DNA of 64,000 bases from the NCBI GenBank assembly GCA_965644295.1, contig CBFFRP010000249.1:1-64000 (forward strand), read 5' to 3'. The DNA comes from Paraphysomonas bandaiensis. Lineage: Eukaryota; Protista; Chrysophyceae. The number at the start of each line of letters is the position of its first letter. Position 1 is the first letter of the stretch. This document shows positions 12,709 through 24,895 of the stretch, in pieces. The position numbers and the translations under genes are program-made. The notes below the pieces were generated by a model that saw only the letters and a program-made list of their open reading frames with translations, had not been told where the DNA came from and did not search any database.

Positions 12709-13275
12709 ATGCAGTCGATGAAGTTGGGAAATATTTCGATAGGGAGGACACATGAATCTCTGCTGTTGGGAGATGGCCCGTGGGGAGATAGTAGTGATGA
12801 TGATGACGATATCACTCTGGTGTTTGATGACAACGCACCAGTCTCCTCCTTGTTCATAACCACAGAGACTCGTAAGAAGAAAAGAGTCACTTTTCAATTG
12901 CCGCCAGAAGACAAGAGTTCAGGTATTGGAAAGAAACGGGCACACTGCGAGGGAGGTGATGGAGAAGTTCGGGCGTGGAGGGTGCGGAAAGTGCAAGACA
13001 ATAGCAACGAGAAATTGTAAGTACATTGTATTTGTCTCCTATTGAGTGGATTTATATTTCACGTTTGACATGTACTTGTGGTGTAATGACGTTGTTAGAG
13101 CATGTGCATTTGTCTTATAATAGTGTTATCTGTTACTTTTCTAATTATTATATGTAGGCTACGATCGGCTTTGAAACAACATAAGATTGATGTACAGAGA
13201 GGGAGTATGCCTTGGCAGAATGCCTCCCTGCAATTGGGTGGGCACCGTCTTGTCAGCGCAGCTGGGGATAGTTGA
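12709..13275 (+). CDS. Small RVxF-motif protein, copy 6 (exons 12709-13016, 13158-13275)
   Basis: Intact frame. It differs from the other copies by one V>G change in exon 1 and two synonymous changes in exon 2 (GCA/GCT, CAG/CAA). Confidence 0.6.
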
Positions 13276-14137
13276 ATAGTTTAGAGTGTTTATTGTACAT
13301 GGGATAGGTTTGTGTGGATTTCCCGAAATTTCCTTGTGTGGATTGTGAATATGATTGATATCATTCCGTGACTTCATGTTGTAGTGTATAAATGCTGTAT
13401 ATTGATGAAGTCACAACGTAGTAGTAATATGTGAAAGTGATTAATAAGGTTAACTCTAGGGTAATGTCCTATTCGTATTGGTGTGTCAATGACTAATGTT
13501 TATCGCTTTCTCCTATCCTGTATTTTCTGTAACAATGAAATACAGAATCTAGAATATAACGACAAGAGGAGTAGGAATAAAAAGTATTATTACAATCTTA
13601 CTAATTCTCTGTTTATTTGTAGGTGATCAAAAGATGTATTAAATTAGGGTATTAAAGTATTTTCGTTGAAGACAGTATCACATGAATTATTTGAATTGTG
13701 TTCATAAAATTGAAATGTATAACTGTATAAGATTGTGACTATCTATGACCTGATAATGTTGGTTGATTAGAACTATGGGATGGCAATAAATGTTATGAGG
13801 TGTTGAGTGCGTTACACTGTCCTAATTCCTGATGTCAGCTTAGGGTATTGGATACGCCTTAAACTCCATTCTAATTGGTGTGTGGTAATTATTACCAAAG
13901 CGTTCTGAAGTACTAAATACCTTCCAAAACGACATTGTAACACATGGGGCTATATACATCAGTCGGTTAGGTAGAATGCCGTCGAAAACAACGTATAAGA
14001 GTATATCATGAAGTAAAAAAGAATTTCTTCACATTAAATACAACAACATTTACACAACAATATAAGACAGTGTTTGTGTAGACTACACTTTATTCGACAA
14101 TTGTGTCCTGCGCAATTAAATTAAAGCAACAACGTTT

Positions 14138-14467
14138 TTACGGGAAGTATGACCTCAGTTTAACTATTTCGGCATAGCTTTGTTGTAACTCTTCTTTGTA
14201 TCCTGCTACCTCTTGCCTTAGTGCCATAGTTAGTTGTCGTTCCTCCGTTAACTGAAAGAAAAAACGTGAAGTAACAATACTACAAGAGGTACTTAATACC
14301 ATTGCCATGATTACAGATTTCATTTCTCTTTCATCCTTCACGTCCTTCTCAATTTTGCTTCGTAACTCTTCACTTTTAGCAGCTTCAAGTTTCAATCTCT
14401 CGTTCTCTTCCATGAGAGAAACGATCTCCTTCGCCGCAACATCAAGATCACTGGACTCTGAGTGCAA
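14138..14467 (-). CDS. Small coiled-coil hypothetical protein (spliced, boundaries uncertain)
   Basis: Heptad-rich E/K/L ORF (LMEENERLKLEAAKSEELRSKIEK...LRQEVAGYKEELQQ) with a probable internal intron. Confidence 0.4.
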   Translation of the reverse strand: MHSESSDLDVAAKEIVSLMEENERLKLEAAKSEELRSKIEKDVKDEREMKSVIMAMVLSTSCSIVTSRFFFQLTEERQLTMALRQEVAGYKEELQQSYAEIVKLRSYFP

Positions 14468-15095
14468 TACGATTAATCAGTCACACGATACGACTACTAC
14501 TGATACCTAATATCCATTGTCTGCCGTTTGAAAATAAAATTCGGTTGTTACCAACAGTCAGCGTGAGGGGGTTATCAGTGTATGCGGAGTTAACTTTTGA
14601 AATGTGATAATTAGGGATAGCGCTTGTAGCAGGACTAGACATTAGCAACAACAGGATGTATCTTACTGCTTTTCTATACTCTGGTATATCCTTCTACTTG
14701 AATGAACTAGATAACAATTGCGATATCGATTTCTATGCGTTAAATATACTGTATGATCATATTACACATGCGTCCATAGCTATATATTCGAATCAGCTAA
14801 TCACATATACAGCAGTACAGTACAGTGTAAACTGTCCTTTCCATGACAGGTGTTTTGCCCCAATCAAACTCTAATATAGAAACTGAAAACTAATATCGTT
14901 TAAAGATATGTTTCATGTCAAAGAAAAAAGTTTTGAAGTCAAGCTTTGGAGTTGATTACATACATATTGTTTTTGTGCACTTGATTGGAAATGGTTTGCT
15001 GCTGATTGGCTTGATTTGCTGAAGTGAGTCTTCGAATCGAAGCAATATGCAGAGTGTATATAGACATAATTCTCATAGTTTAACATGGTATAAAT

Positions 15096-18000
15096 ATGAG
15101 ATCAACTCGAAAGCGTACTCGGGTTACTTATAGAGAGGATGATGCTCTATCTGATGAAGATCTCCTGGAACCTGTATCTAACCAGACAACTGCCACCAAT
15201 TCAGGTGCTTCATCTCAACTCGTAGTGGATAAAATATTAGGCAGAAAATTTGTAATAAATCCAGACACAGATGAGACAGATGAGATGTTTCTTATCAAGT
15301 GGAGGGGCATGTCTTACATCCACATATCATGGGAGTTTAGAGAAGATGTTGAGCGTGTTGATTTACAGGGGAAGGTGAAGATAAGGCGCTTCCTGTCCTC
15401 TCCATTGCCTCTTAATATTTTAGGCGATGCAACGAAAGTTCAGCGACTTGATGAGCAGTTTGATGATGATGAGGACGTGGAATACTTCAACCCTGAGTTA
15501 GCGGAAATACAGCGTGTGATATCTTGCGATACTCCTACGTGTATTCACTCGGGGTGCTCCACGGCTGCAGAACTCGAATCGATGGCTTCTGACCCAGAAT
15601 TGGAAATTAATGTGTATTATTTGGTGAAGTGGCGTGGTGCGCCCTATAGTGATTGTACTTGGGAGCGGTGGGAGGACATCAAGTACTACGCTGGCGAAGT
15701 TTTTGCATTCTGGCAACGACAGAGGCCACCCAAAGCCCCCATGCGTGCAATGGCTCACCCCTCCATACAGGACTACCATAAGCTAGAGAAATCACCTATG
15801 TTTGGTGCTGTGGACGAGGAATCGGGCGAGGAATCTGGACTAATGCTTCGAGACTATCAACTTGAGGGTGTGAACTGGCTTCTATGGAATTGGTGGCACA
15901 AGCGACCTTGCATACTCGCCGACGAGATGGGACTAGGTGAGTAGTACACTTTGTTGATATGCCACTGTCGTTGCTCAAGTATTCGTTACTTTAGGGAAGA
16001 CAATTCAGACAGTGTGCTTCCTTCACCAGTTGCAGCACATGTCAACTACTCAAGTGCCGGGTCCATTTCTCGTCGTTGCCCCTCTCTCCCTAGTCAACCA
16101 GTGGCAAAGTGAGGTAGCTCTCTGGTCACCGGGCATGAACTGTGTGGTTCTTCATGGCAGTGCTGAGTCGAGAGATATTATTCAGCAACATGAGTTTTTC
16201 TACAGTGAACCATTTACTTCAAAAGCAGATGTGGCGGCTGTGCGGCACACTAATCCGTGTAAGTTTGATATACTATTGACCACATACGAGATAGTGATGA
16301 AGGAAGTGAAGCTCTTCGCTAAAATAAAGTGGAAGGTTCTGGTTGTTGACGAAGCACACAGACTAAAGAATCAAACATCTCGTTTATTTGAGCAGATGAA
16401 GATGATACCCCGCGATCAGTGTGTGTTGCTTACTGGGACTCCACTGCAGAACAAAACGGAGGAACTTTGGGCTCTTCTACACTTCGCTGACGCTGGCAAG
16501 TTCTCCAATCAGGGCGAATTTGTTTCACGGTTTGGGGATCTCCGAGACTCAAACGATGTGGCTGAACTGCATGGTGTGCTGAAACCATATCTTCTCCGCC
16601 GAGTTAAAGAAGACGTGGAGAAAAGTCTTCCCCCAAAAGAGGAGACAATTGTGGAAGTGACTCTTACTAGTTTGCAAAAGCAGTTTTATCGGGCTATATA
16701 CGAGCGGAATACACAGTTTCTTTTTAAGGGGGCGAAGGCCAACAATCAGCCCTCTCTAATGAATGTAATGATGGAGCTACGAAAGTGCTGTAACCATCCG
16801 TACTTGATCAAGGGCGTGGAGGACAGAATTGTGTCAGAGATGCCAGTCACTGAGCGAACAGAAGCTAATTTTCATCGCAAGTTAGTTGAATGTTCCGGGA
16901 AGCTGTTGCTTCTTGACAAACTCCTGCCTCGCCTGTATGAAGAAGGGCACAAAGTACTCATATTCTCCCAGATGGTGAAAGTTTTGAATCTGTTAGAGGA
17001 CTATCTACGACACCAAAATTATCTGTTTGAACGCCTAGACGGCTCTACGCGCTCCACGGATAGAAATCAAGCTGTGGAACGTTTCTGTAGACCATCGCTA
17101 AAGAGGTTCATAATGTTGCTCTCTACGAAAGCTGGTGGACTCGGGTTGAACCTCACTTCAGCGGACACTGTGATCATATTCGATAGTGACTGGAATCCCC
17201 ACAATGACATGCAGGCGCAGGCCCGGGCTCATCGCATTGGTCAAAAGAAGGCGGTTATGGTGTACCGTCTGCTCACACGCAAGACCTACGAGATGCATAT
17301 GTTTCACAAGGCTTCTCTAAAGCTTGGCTTAGATAGAGCTGTTCTTGCGCATGCACGCAATGAGCAGGAGGGTGATGACGACACCTCAGATTCTGGGAAC
17401 AGCAAAGGTGGATTGCAGGTAATACGCTGCTAATTTCGTTTTTCGATTTTATTAACTTGGAACCTTAATGTAGGTGAAAGAAATTGACGAGCTTTTAAAA
17501 CGTGGGGCCTATGATATATTCCGAGAGGATGATACAGAGCAGACCGAATTCGCTGAGGCCGACATAGACTCTATCATGCAACGTCGTTCGCATAAAGTGA
17601 GCTACGAAGGAATTTCGGAAAATTCTCTTTCGAGCAGCCTTGGTGGCTTTTCGAAGGCGTCGTTTGTGTCCGCTGATGAGAAAGAGGATGTGGACATAAA
17701 TGATCCTGATTTCTGGAAAAAAGCCATTGGTTTCGAAGAGCCGGAGATATCAACTGAGGACCCATTCGCAATGAACCTTCCCTCACAGCGAAAACGAAAG
17801 CAAACACAGGTGTACGGTGAGGAGCACAGCGCTAAGGAGAGTGAAATCGATGAGCTGCTTGAGGAGGACGCTCCGCCGGAACCTGAGCCCAGTGCACCCC
17901 CTACAAAGAAGGAGAAAAAAGCTTCAGAGCCGAAACCTCCAAAGGAGCCAAAAGAAAAGGAAGTGAAGGCATGGGGCCCCCATTCTCGGGACAGGCTCAT

Positions 18001-21000
18001 ACGCGCCCTACAGCAATTCGGATTTGGCCGATGGCAACGCATCCAAAAGGAAAGCGGCGCCGCCAATCGCGACCGCAAAGATGTAGAAACGTTTGCTAGG
18101 GCATACATGATGCAATGTGGCCTGTGTGCGGGCGAAACGGCTAGTATCAAAGGAGACACACAGTTTATTACTGATGCAATCAATGGTGCCAAGAAAGTGA
18201 ACGAGATGATTCAGGCCGGTCAGGCAAATGGATTTGAAATCCCGCCCATATTACAAGACGAGAAATATCTTTCTAAGCTTAAAGCCAATGCTCGTAAAAC
18301 CCTCCAGAAATTGGAACTGTTGGCGAAGCTAATCAGTATGATTGGCCAGACCGTCGAGGAGATTCAAAAGAAAAATCCTGATATTGTTAGGGCAGACTGC
18401 CTCGACTCAACTGTGAAGAGCATTCCTCCGAAGGAAATTGCTTCCCAACTACCACTCGGTAACGTCCGTCCTGCCTGGACACGCCCTCGGAGCTGGTGGG
18501 ACGATGATTGCGATCGACACCTCTTAGTGGGCGTCTTTCTACATGGCTATGGGCGCTACAATGACATCGGTAGCGACCCTAACCTCGTCTTCCAGTCTAA
18601 AATGAAGGACTGGGCTCAAAACGCCAAGGAAATGGTAAAAGCTCAGTCGGATATCCAGGACGCACCATCTGTTAAGGAAGTGGAGGTGACTAGCCAACCT
18701 ACTCAGTATTCTGAAGAGGGTGCAATGAGTATGTTCACTCTTCCATCTGGCCAGGGCTGCCGCCTGTTGGTACCCAACGTTCGTTACTCCTCGTATGTTG
18801 GGGTCTACTCTCAGCCCGGAAGTGTGAAGTGGCTCTGCCAGTATGGTGACAATGTGAAGAGTACGTACATTGGCACGTTTGATTGTGAAGTTGACGCCGC
18901 CATGGCGTATGACGAATACGTACACGCCATATGCGCCCGGACTGGAGAGGGAGAGGAGGACATGAAATACAATTTTGTAGGTGGCGAACGGGTTATGCAC
19001 GAGATCGACAGGGAGAAGACTCCCGGTCTGCCGTGGCACCGGTCCAGCAAGTACCGGGGTGTGCGTGCATCTGGGAGCAAGTGGACAGCACAGATTAGCT
19101 ACGATGGTGGAAATCATCACCTCGGTACATTTTGCACCGAGCTTGAGGCCGCAGTGGCGTACGATGTGGCGGCTCAGGAACACCATGGGTCACTTGCAGT
19201 ATTTAACTTCCCTAATAGTGTTGAAATGACACTCAAACAGCTTATGAAGGAGCCTGGTGTAGTGGTTGAATTTTTGAGCAACGATTCGAAGGCGAAACTA
19301 GAGTCAGACGGAAATAAGCCTAGTCCAGTGGAGGGTTCTATGGAGGTTACTAGCTTAAAGGGGGAAAGTGATAGCGCAGTAGGTGATAGTGTCCAGATGG
19401 ATGTAGAGCAGAAAGACGTCAATGGGTGCGCTGGCAAGTCCGAACCACCTAATAGTAACCAGGTGGTAGGAACTGACTCGGGTTACCAATCTATTGAAGG
19501 CTCATGTGACAAGCCTGTGCCATCTCCCGTAGCTAAGAAAGACAAGGATGAAGATGATGAAGATGAAGAAGATGAGGGCCATGAGGAGGATGCAGATTTT
19601 GGCGACGATCAGCCAGATGGAGAAGGCGATAACGATGCTGATGGGGATCAAGAGGTTCAAGACAAAGACAAAAAGAAAGATGAGAGTCCTGCTGATGTTG
19701 AGATAAGCATGCCAGATGCTCGTCTGCTTAATCGTCTCTTCGCGTGGCTAGTGTCCTCGGAAGCTGCGAGACTGACAAAAGAAGATTTGAAAAAGCGGCA
19801 AAAAGCAACTAAAAAAGCAAGGCTACTGGAGATTGCGGAGCGAAAGGCTCAAAGGGCACAGCAACAGGTAGAGGATGAAAAACGTCAGAATATTCGCCTG
19901 GGTGAGAAGGGTATCTTGTCTTTAAACTATGAGCTCTTTGAAGCAGATGCCCAATTATTTGCGGACAAGAAGGCGCTTTTGCGTAAATGCGAAGCCGCTC
20001 TTCGGAAATCAGATGACAGTGCTGACTCTGGAAATGGGGCAGAGACTGTCACTGCGGAGGAGGGTCAGAACAGTGAGGGAGCAGCACTAACAGAGGATGA
20101 GATACAACGGATATGCTGTGCCCTTTTACTATACGGTGCTCCGTTCTCTGAGTCGAAGCTCCCTCTTCCATGTGCCTCTGTGCATCCTGTGATCAGCATA
20201 TCACCGTACGCTCGTGATCCCTTAGGAAACCTTTCTCAGGGACAGGTCAGCGAGGTGGAATGCGATAATGAACTGTCAAAGGAACTCAAGCCTCTCACTA
20301 CGTATGATGTTGACGGCTCTCCCCAAGATGCAGAGTACACTGGGGATTTAGAGGAACAGGTCAGACCATACAGCTGGGAAGACCTAATAGCTTACGCAGG
20401 GGTGAATGTTCCTGTAGAGAAAGTCTACACGTTTTACACCCATGAGTGGTTGCCCTTCTGTGTCTCCCTTTCTAAAACACATTCTTTCACAAACAAAGTC
20501 TTGCTTCCGAACCCTATGAAACCCCCGTCCGCACACAGTATCTCTAGTAAGGGACTCTGTAGTGTCTTCGTCATGCGTCAACGCCACCTTCGGTCTATTC
20601 GATATGTGCTGTCGAGGCAGATGAAGGAACTTGTGCACTATCTACGGTCCAATGCTGGCAAGTTGACAGTCGGTATGCCTGTGTGGTGGTGCCCATGGAT
20701 TCACGACGTTGCTGTAATGGTTGGGTGCGTTAAGCATGGGTATATGGCGATGGAAGCAATTACTAGGGATGTAAACCTACCATTAAACACAGAACATATA
20801 TTAAAACACATCAAGAGGGTGTTTCTGTATGGGACCTGCAGCCATCCTCCTGCTGCCTGTGGCGTCTTTTCCTCGACCGATGAAGCTTCCCAATGGGTGC
20901 GCTGTGCGGCTTCGATATTTCCTGATCAGAACACACTTGAAACACGCATATCTAAGATCCTGGTAGAAATGACGCAGCACTTGCCTCCGAAGCACATGTG

Positions 21001-21184
21001 TCATGTTAAACGAGTTGCTGACAAGTCTGTGGAAGCAGTAGGAAAGCGCAAAGGGAAACACGTTGAAATAACCGTGGAGAAAGATGCATTCCCTGCGCTA
21101 CCCTTGGAAACATATCTCCTTGAAACGGCGAAGCGGAGAAGACTGGCAGTTGCAAAGTGTCACCCATCCATTAATGTTAGTTAG
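15096..21184 (+). CDS. CHD-family chromatin remodeller (2 chromodomains, SNF2 ATPase/helicase C, SANT/SLIDE-like region) with two AP2 domains; exons 15096-15936, 15995-17418, 17474-21184
   Basis: FLIKWRGMSY and YLVKWRGAPY chromodomains; ILADEMGLG|KT across intron 1; DEAH; MELRKCCNHPY; QARAHRIGQ; FGFGRW; WWDDDCDRHLLVGVFLHGYG; AP2 motifs at ~18788-18976 and ~19043-19213. Confidence 0.95.
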
Positions 21185-21492
21185 GCTATAACCTGATTTT
21201 TTCTGATAATATGAAGATCTGGGCCGTCACGAAATATATATGAACTTATTTTTTATGTGGCATTGCTGTTATTGGTAGGATATTATTGTGTTGTCATTTA
21301 AATACAGAAATAATGGTAACATGACTTTTCTGAAAAATAGTATCTCTCGCCGTTGCACAATGCGCTTGAAATTAGTATGTAATTTTTACACTAAGTAGTT
21401 ACATATAATGAGAAACGGTATTACCTAGTCAAAATACTGTATAGCTATACTGTACAACTGAAGTATCATGAAGCTTCATGATACGAAGTATT

Positions 21493-21619
21493 GGCATCCT
21501 TTGTATATTTTTGTTCAAATATGCCTCAAATATTGAGACAACAATTCCAGCCGTAGTTGTACCTCAGTAATATTGGATTCAATTTATTTCTGAAAAGTAA
21601 GATGCTGACTGCCGATACG
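21493..21619 (+). repeat. Dispersed ~130-bp repeat; diverged copy at ~38616-38757
   Basis: Shared blocks ggcatcctttgt, atattgag-caacaatt, ttccagccgtagttgta, ttcaatttattt and taagatgc-gact-ccgatacg. Confidence 0.75.
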
Positions 21620-21879
21620 GAAAGCACCTCCGTATGAGGCTAGCAAATGATTCTGTGTTAGAAGTGGTAGATACGTAGATGCTAACGTAAATTTCGTGTT
21701 TTCAGAGAATGCACAACATATTATTTATATAAGTTTTCTTACTAAGTTCAACTACAATTTATGGCGTTATCGTCTAACAAGACAGTCATCATATACGTAA
21801 TAGTAATATGTATCTTCCTCTCTTATATTTCAGTCACTTTAAATTAACGTCATTACAATACATAATAACCTTGTCTTTC

Positions 21880-22327
21880 AATGAGCAGGTACGTCATCTA
21901 GCTCGCATATTTCTAAAATCGCAATCAATGCATCATATACAGTCCCAACTAACATATCCAAACGCTCAGGGGAGATACGATCAGGAAACCCTACACCAGT
22001 TGGTGTAAACTCTTGATCTTATATTGATGCACGCTGAACAACCATCTACTTCAGATGGCATTCATTTGATGCCTTCTTAAAAGACTCCCATCGTTCAACA
22101 GGCATTGCAACTGTTTCCTTATTAAGGTCACTATGAACTTGAATTCAAACACTTTGAAAGGCTTGAATCTCTACAATGTGTTCAACTTCTGGCCTTACAT
22201 GGCGATCATCATCACCTCGAGATAGCACTTGAACAAAGTACAAGAAGGAGCCGATAGTCGTAAAGTCATTCAATGATGGCATACCGTCACGAAGACGTTT
22301 CGCAATCTTGTCAAGAGGGATACTGAT
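21880..22327 (-). pseudogene. Decayed coding fragment with three in-frame stops; contains EVEHIVEIQ
   Basis: Manual translation gives ~150 protein-like codons (ISIPLDKIAKRLRDGMPSL...EVEHIVEIQAFQSV*...) and is truncated at the microsatellite. Confidence 0.3.
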
Positions 22328-22329
22328 CG

Positions 22330-22331
<2 letters not shown>

Positions 22332-22361
<30 letters not shown>

Positions 22362-22855
22362 TGTATGTATGTATGTATGTATGTATGTATGTATGTATGT
22401 ATGTATGTATGTATGTATGTATGTATGTATGTATGTATGTATGTATGTATGTATGTATGTATGTATGTATGTATGTATGTATGTATGTATGTATGTATGT
22501 ATGTATGTATGTATGTATGTATGTATGCATGTATGTATGTATGTATGTATGTGTGTATGTATGTATGTATGTATGTATGTATGTATGTATGTATGTATGT
22601 ATGTATGTATGTATGTATGTATGTATGTATGTATGTATGTATGTATGTATGTATGTATGTATGTATGTATGTATGTATGTATGTATGTATGTATGTATGT
22701 ATGTATGTATGTATGTATGTATGTATGTATGTATGTATGTATGTATGTATGTATGTATGTATGTATGTATGTATGTATGTATGTATGTATGTATGTATGT
22801 ATGTATGTATGTATGTATGTATGTATGTATGTATGTATGTATGTATGTATGTATG
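22332..22855. repeat. (TATG)n microsatellite, ~130 units
   Basis: Direct reading; two variant units near 22527-22555. Confidence 0.99.
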
Positions 22856-22924
22856 GCTTAAGGTGGTGTATGTGTATATTCATTCTTGAGTTTGATCCTC
22901 GTGCTGAAGTAGTAGTGAGGAATC

Positions 22925-24483
22925 ATGACTGAAGAAGCAGTCAGTAATCCGCCTGATGACTATAACTCTTCCCTAACAGACAGTGTATGTGCTTATGTAT
23001 CTATGCATGTATGTATGTGTGTGTGTGATGGTTGTGTGATGTGTGCAGTCTAAGAAGAGGAAACACACTGAATCCTCACCCTCTGAAGGTGTATCAGAGG
23101 CTAGAAATCGAGCTCAGAAGTTTCTACAGCCCTTTTCATCTGATCAGATATTTAACCTCATGCTCGACATGTGAGTCCTCATCACCCCGTCAGCTGCACT
23201 ATTCACAACAGTCTCATCATAATCTGCCCTGTTTGTAGTGCGGAGAATATACCTGAGGCAATGGAGATGCTTGAGGACCTCGCACAGACAGATATCACTC
23301 ATAGAAAGCTTTTCATTCGTGGGCTGTCATGGGAAACCACTGATGATCATCTGAGGGCTGTCTTCTCCCCTTTTGGAGAGATTGAAGAGGCTGCTGTTGT
23401 AGTTGACCGTGCCACAGGGCGAAATAAGGGGTACGGATTTGTTATATTCAAAGATATGGATGCGGCGTATGCGGCACTGGAGGATCCAACCAAGGAAATA
23501 GATGTGAGTACTTTTGTGCACTTACAGTGTAGCCACTTTAGTTGGTTGGGACCAGATGCGAATAGTGACTATATATATTGGTATTAGTAAAGTAATGTGG
23601 GATGTTGGTGTTATAATACAGGGAAAGAGTACGAGGTGCAATCTTGCGGCCCTTGGCGTAAGTGGAAATGGGTCTACAGGTGGTGGTCATAGTGGCAGGG
23701 GACGCAGCGCTTCCTTTGGTGATGACGACGGGCGATCTATTGAAACACGGTACATGTGTGATGCAAAACTATGATGTATATAATGTTTTGCGTCTACTGT
23801 CAGGAAGTTGTTTATACGTGGTCTAGACTATAACACCACTGTTGATGAGCTTAAAGCAGTCTTTCAAGAATATGGTGAAATTGAGGATTGCACTATACCC
23901 TCTGATAGGGCCACTGGACGTAGCAAGTGAGGATTTAATGCCTTATGTATATGGTGTTCTACACAATGCATAGTCGTTTCGTCTATGACTACCGTTGTAT
24001 CCGAATATTCAACATGAGTTGCGTAACAATTCTACAGGGGGTTTGCGTTTTTGACATTTAAACAATCATCTGCAGCCTCTGATGCTCTTCACATGCCAAC
24101 GGTATGTATTACATACGCTATGTATTGTCTTGCTGTTGCACAACGTTGTCGTTGCTCTTGTATGTTCACTACTCTGGATAAGTCGATTTTGTTGTAGCGT
24201 GAGATAGGAGGACGCACCGTAAATGTGCATCTCGCCACTCATGGTCCTCGCGGTGGATCGGGAGGTCGCGGACACCCTGGTGGAGACATGGGACCTGGAG
24301 GGTTCATGGGGCCTCCGGGGGGCGGTTTCATGGGGCCACCGCAAGGAGGGTTTCCACCGATGGGAGGGGGACCACCTGACGGTATGACTTTTTCGTATCA
24401 TATTCCCGTTTTATTCTTTGATATTTGTTGCAGCTTTCTTTGGTGGAGGTGGGGGGCGCTTCTTTCCTGGACCGATGTGGTAA
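22925..24483 (+). CDS. Two-RRM RNA-binding protein resembling plant UBP1-associated protein 2 (UBA2), with Gly/Pro-rich tail; multi-exon
   Basis: [14 protein letters not shown]...[10 protein letters not shown], second [15 protein letters not shown]...GFAFLTF, and C-terminal GGFMGPP repeats. Confidence 0.85.
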
Positions 24484-24895
24484 ATCGACAATAGCAGGTT
24501 GTCGAAGAATGCTTTAGATGTAGCTGATATATAATACTCTAATTAATTGGCGTATTTTTTAAGCATTAGCTATTTAACAATTAACAATTCGTTTGCATAA
24601 AACCTAAGTTCTGAGTATGAAATATGCTTGTGTTTACTAGCGTTTACTAGTTATGTTAAATTCAAAGAGTTAGCAAAACTTCAACATACGTGCGATGTAG
24701 TACATCGAAATTGTGGAGTACAATTGGTGTGGGCTGGTATCCACTGCAATAGCAACTTCAGTCAACTGGTACCTCTTCGAAAACTAACAGCTGGAGAAAA
24801 ATATCAGCAATTGTAAAGTTGGAAAAAATTGAATATTGTTAATACATGTATAGAGTTACTGTACTACCAATAATACTCCTACAACAGATCTACAC

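Larger units (their letters stand above)
1..13420. repeat. Tandem array of three large palindromic units (unit 1 = 1-3670, unit 2 = 3671-7432, unit 3 from 7433, expanded by a transposon)
   Basis: The sequence at position 1 (ctttatatcatatcac) recurs at 3671 and 7433. Identical ORFs recur at offsets of 3664 and 3762. Unit 2 has an extra ~98 bp (~6803-6903) relative to unit 1. The array may continue upstream of the window. Confidence 0.95.
7471..13420. repeat. Inverted repeat 3: arms 7471-8500 and 12497-13420; spacer inverted and interrupted by a Tc1/IS630 element
   Basis: The left arm is followed by gtttcttcaacgacaccac (reverse complement of 1627-1645). The right arm is preceded by the reverse complement of 1075-1333. 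Homology of the right arm ends at tcacaacgta (13420). Confidence 0.93.

Noticed and set aside
22270-22932. ORFs of MYVC/HTYI repeats
   Set aside because: Translation artefacts of the (TATG)n microsatellite.
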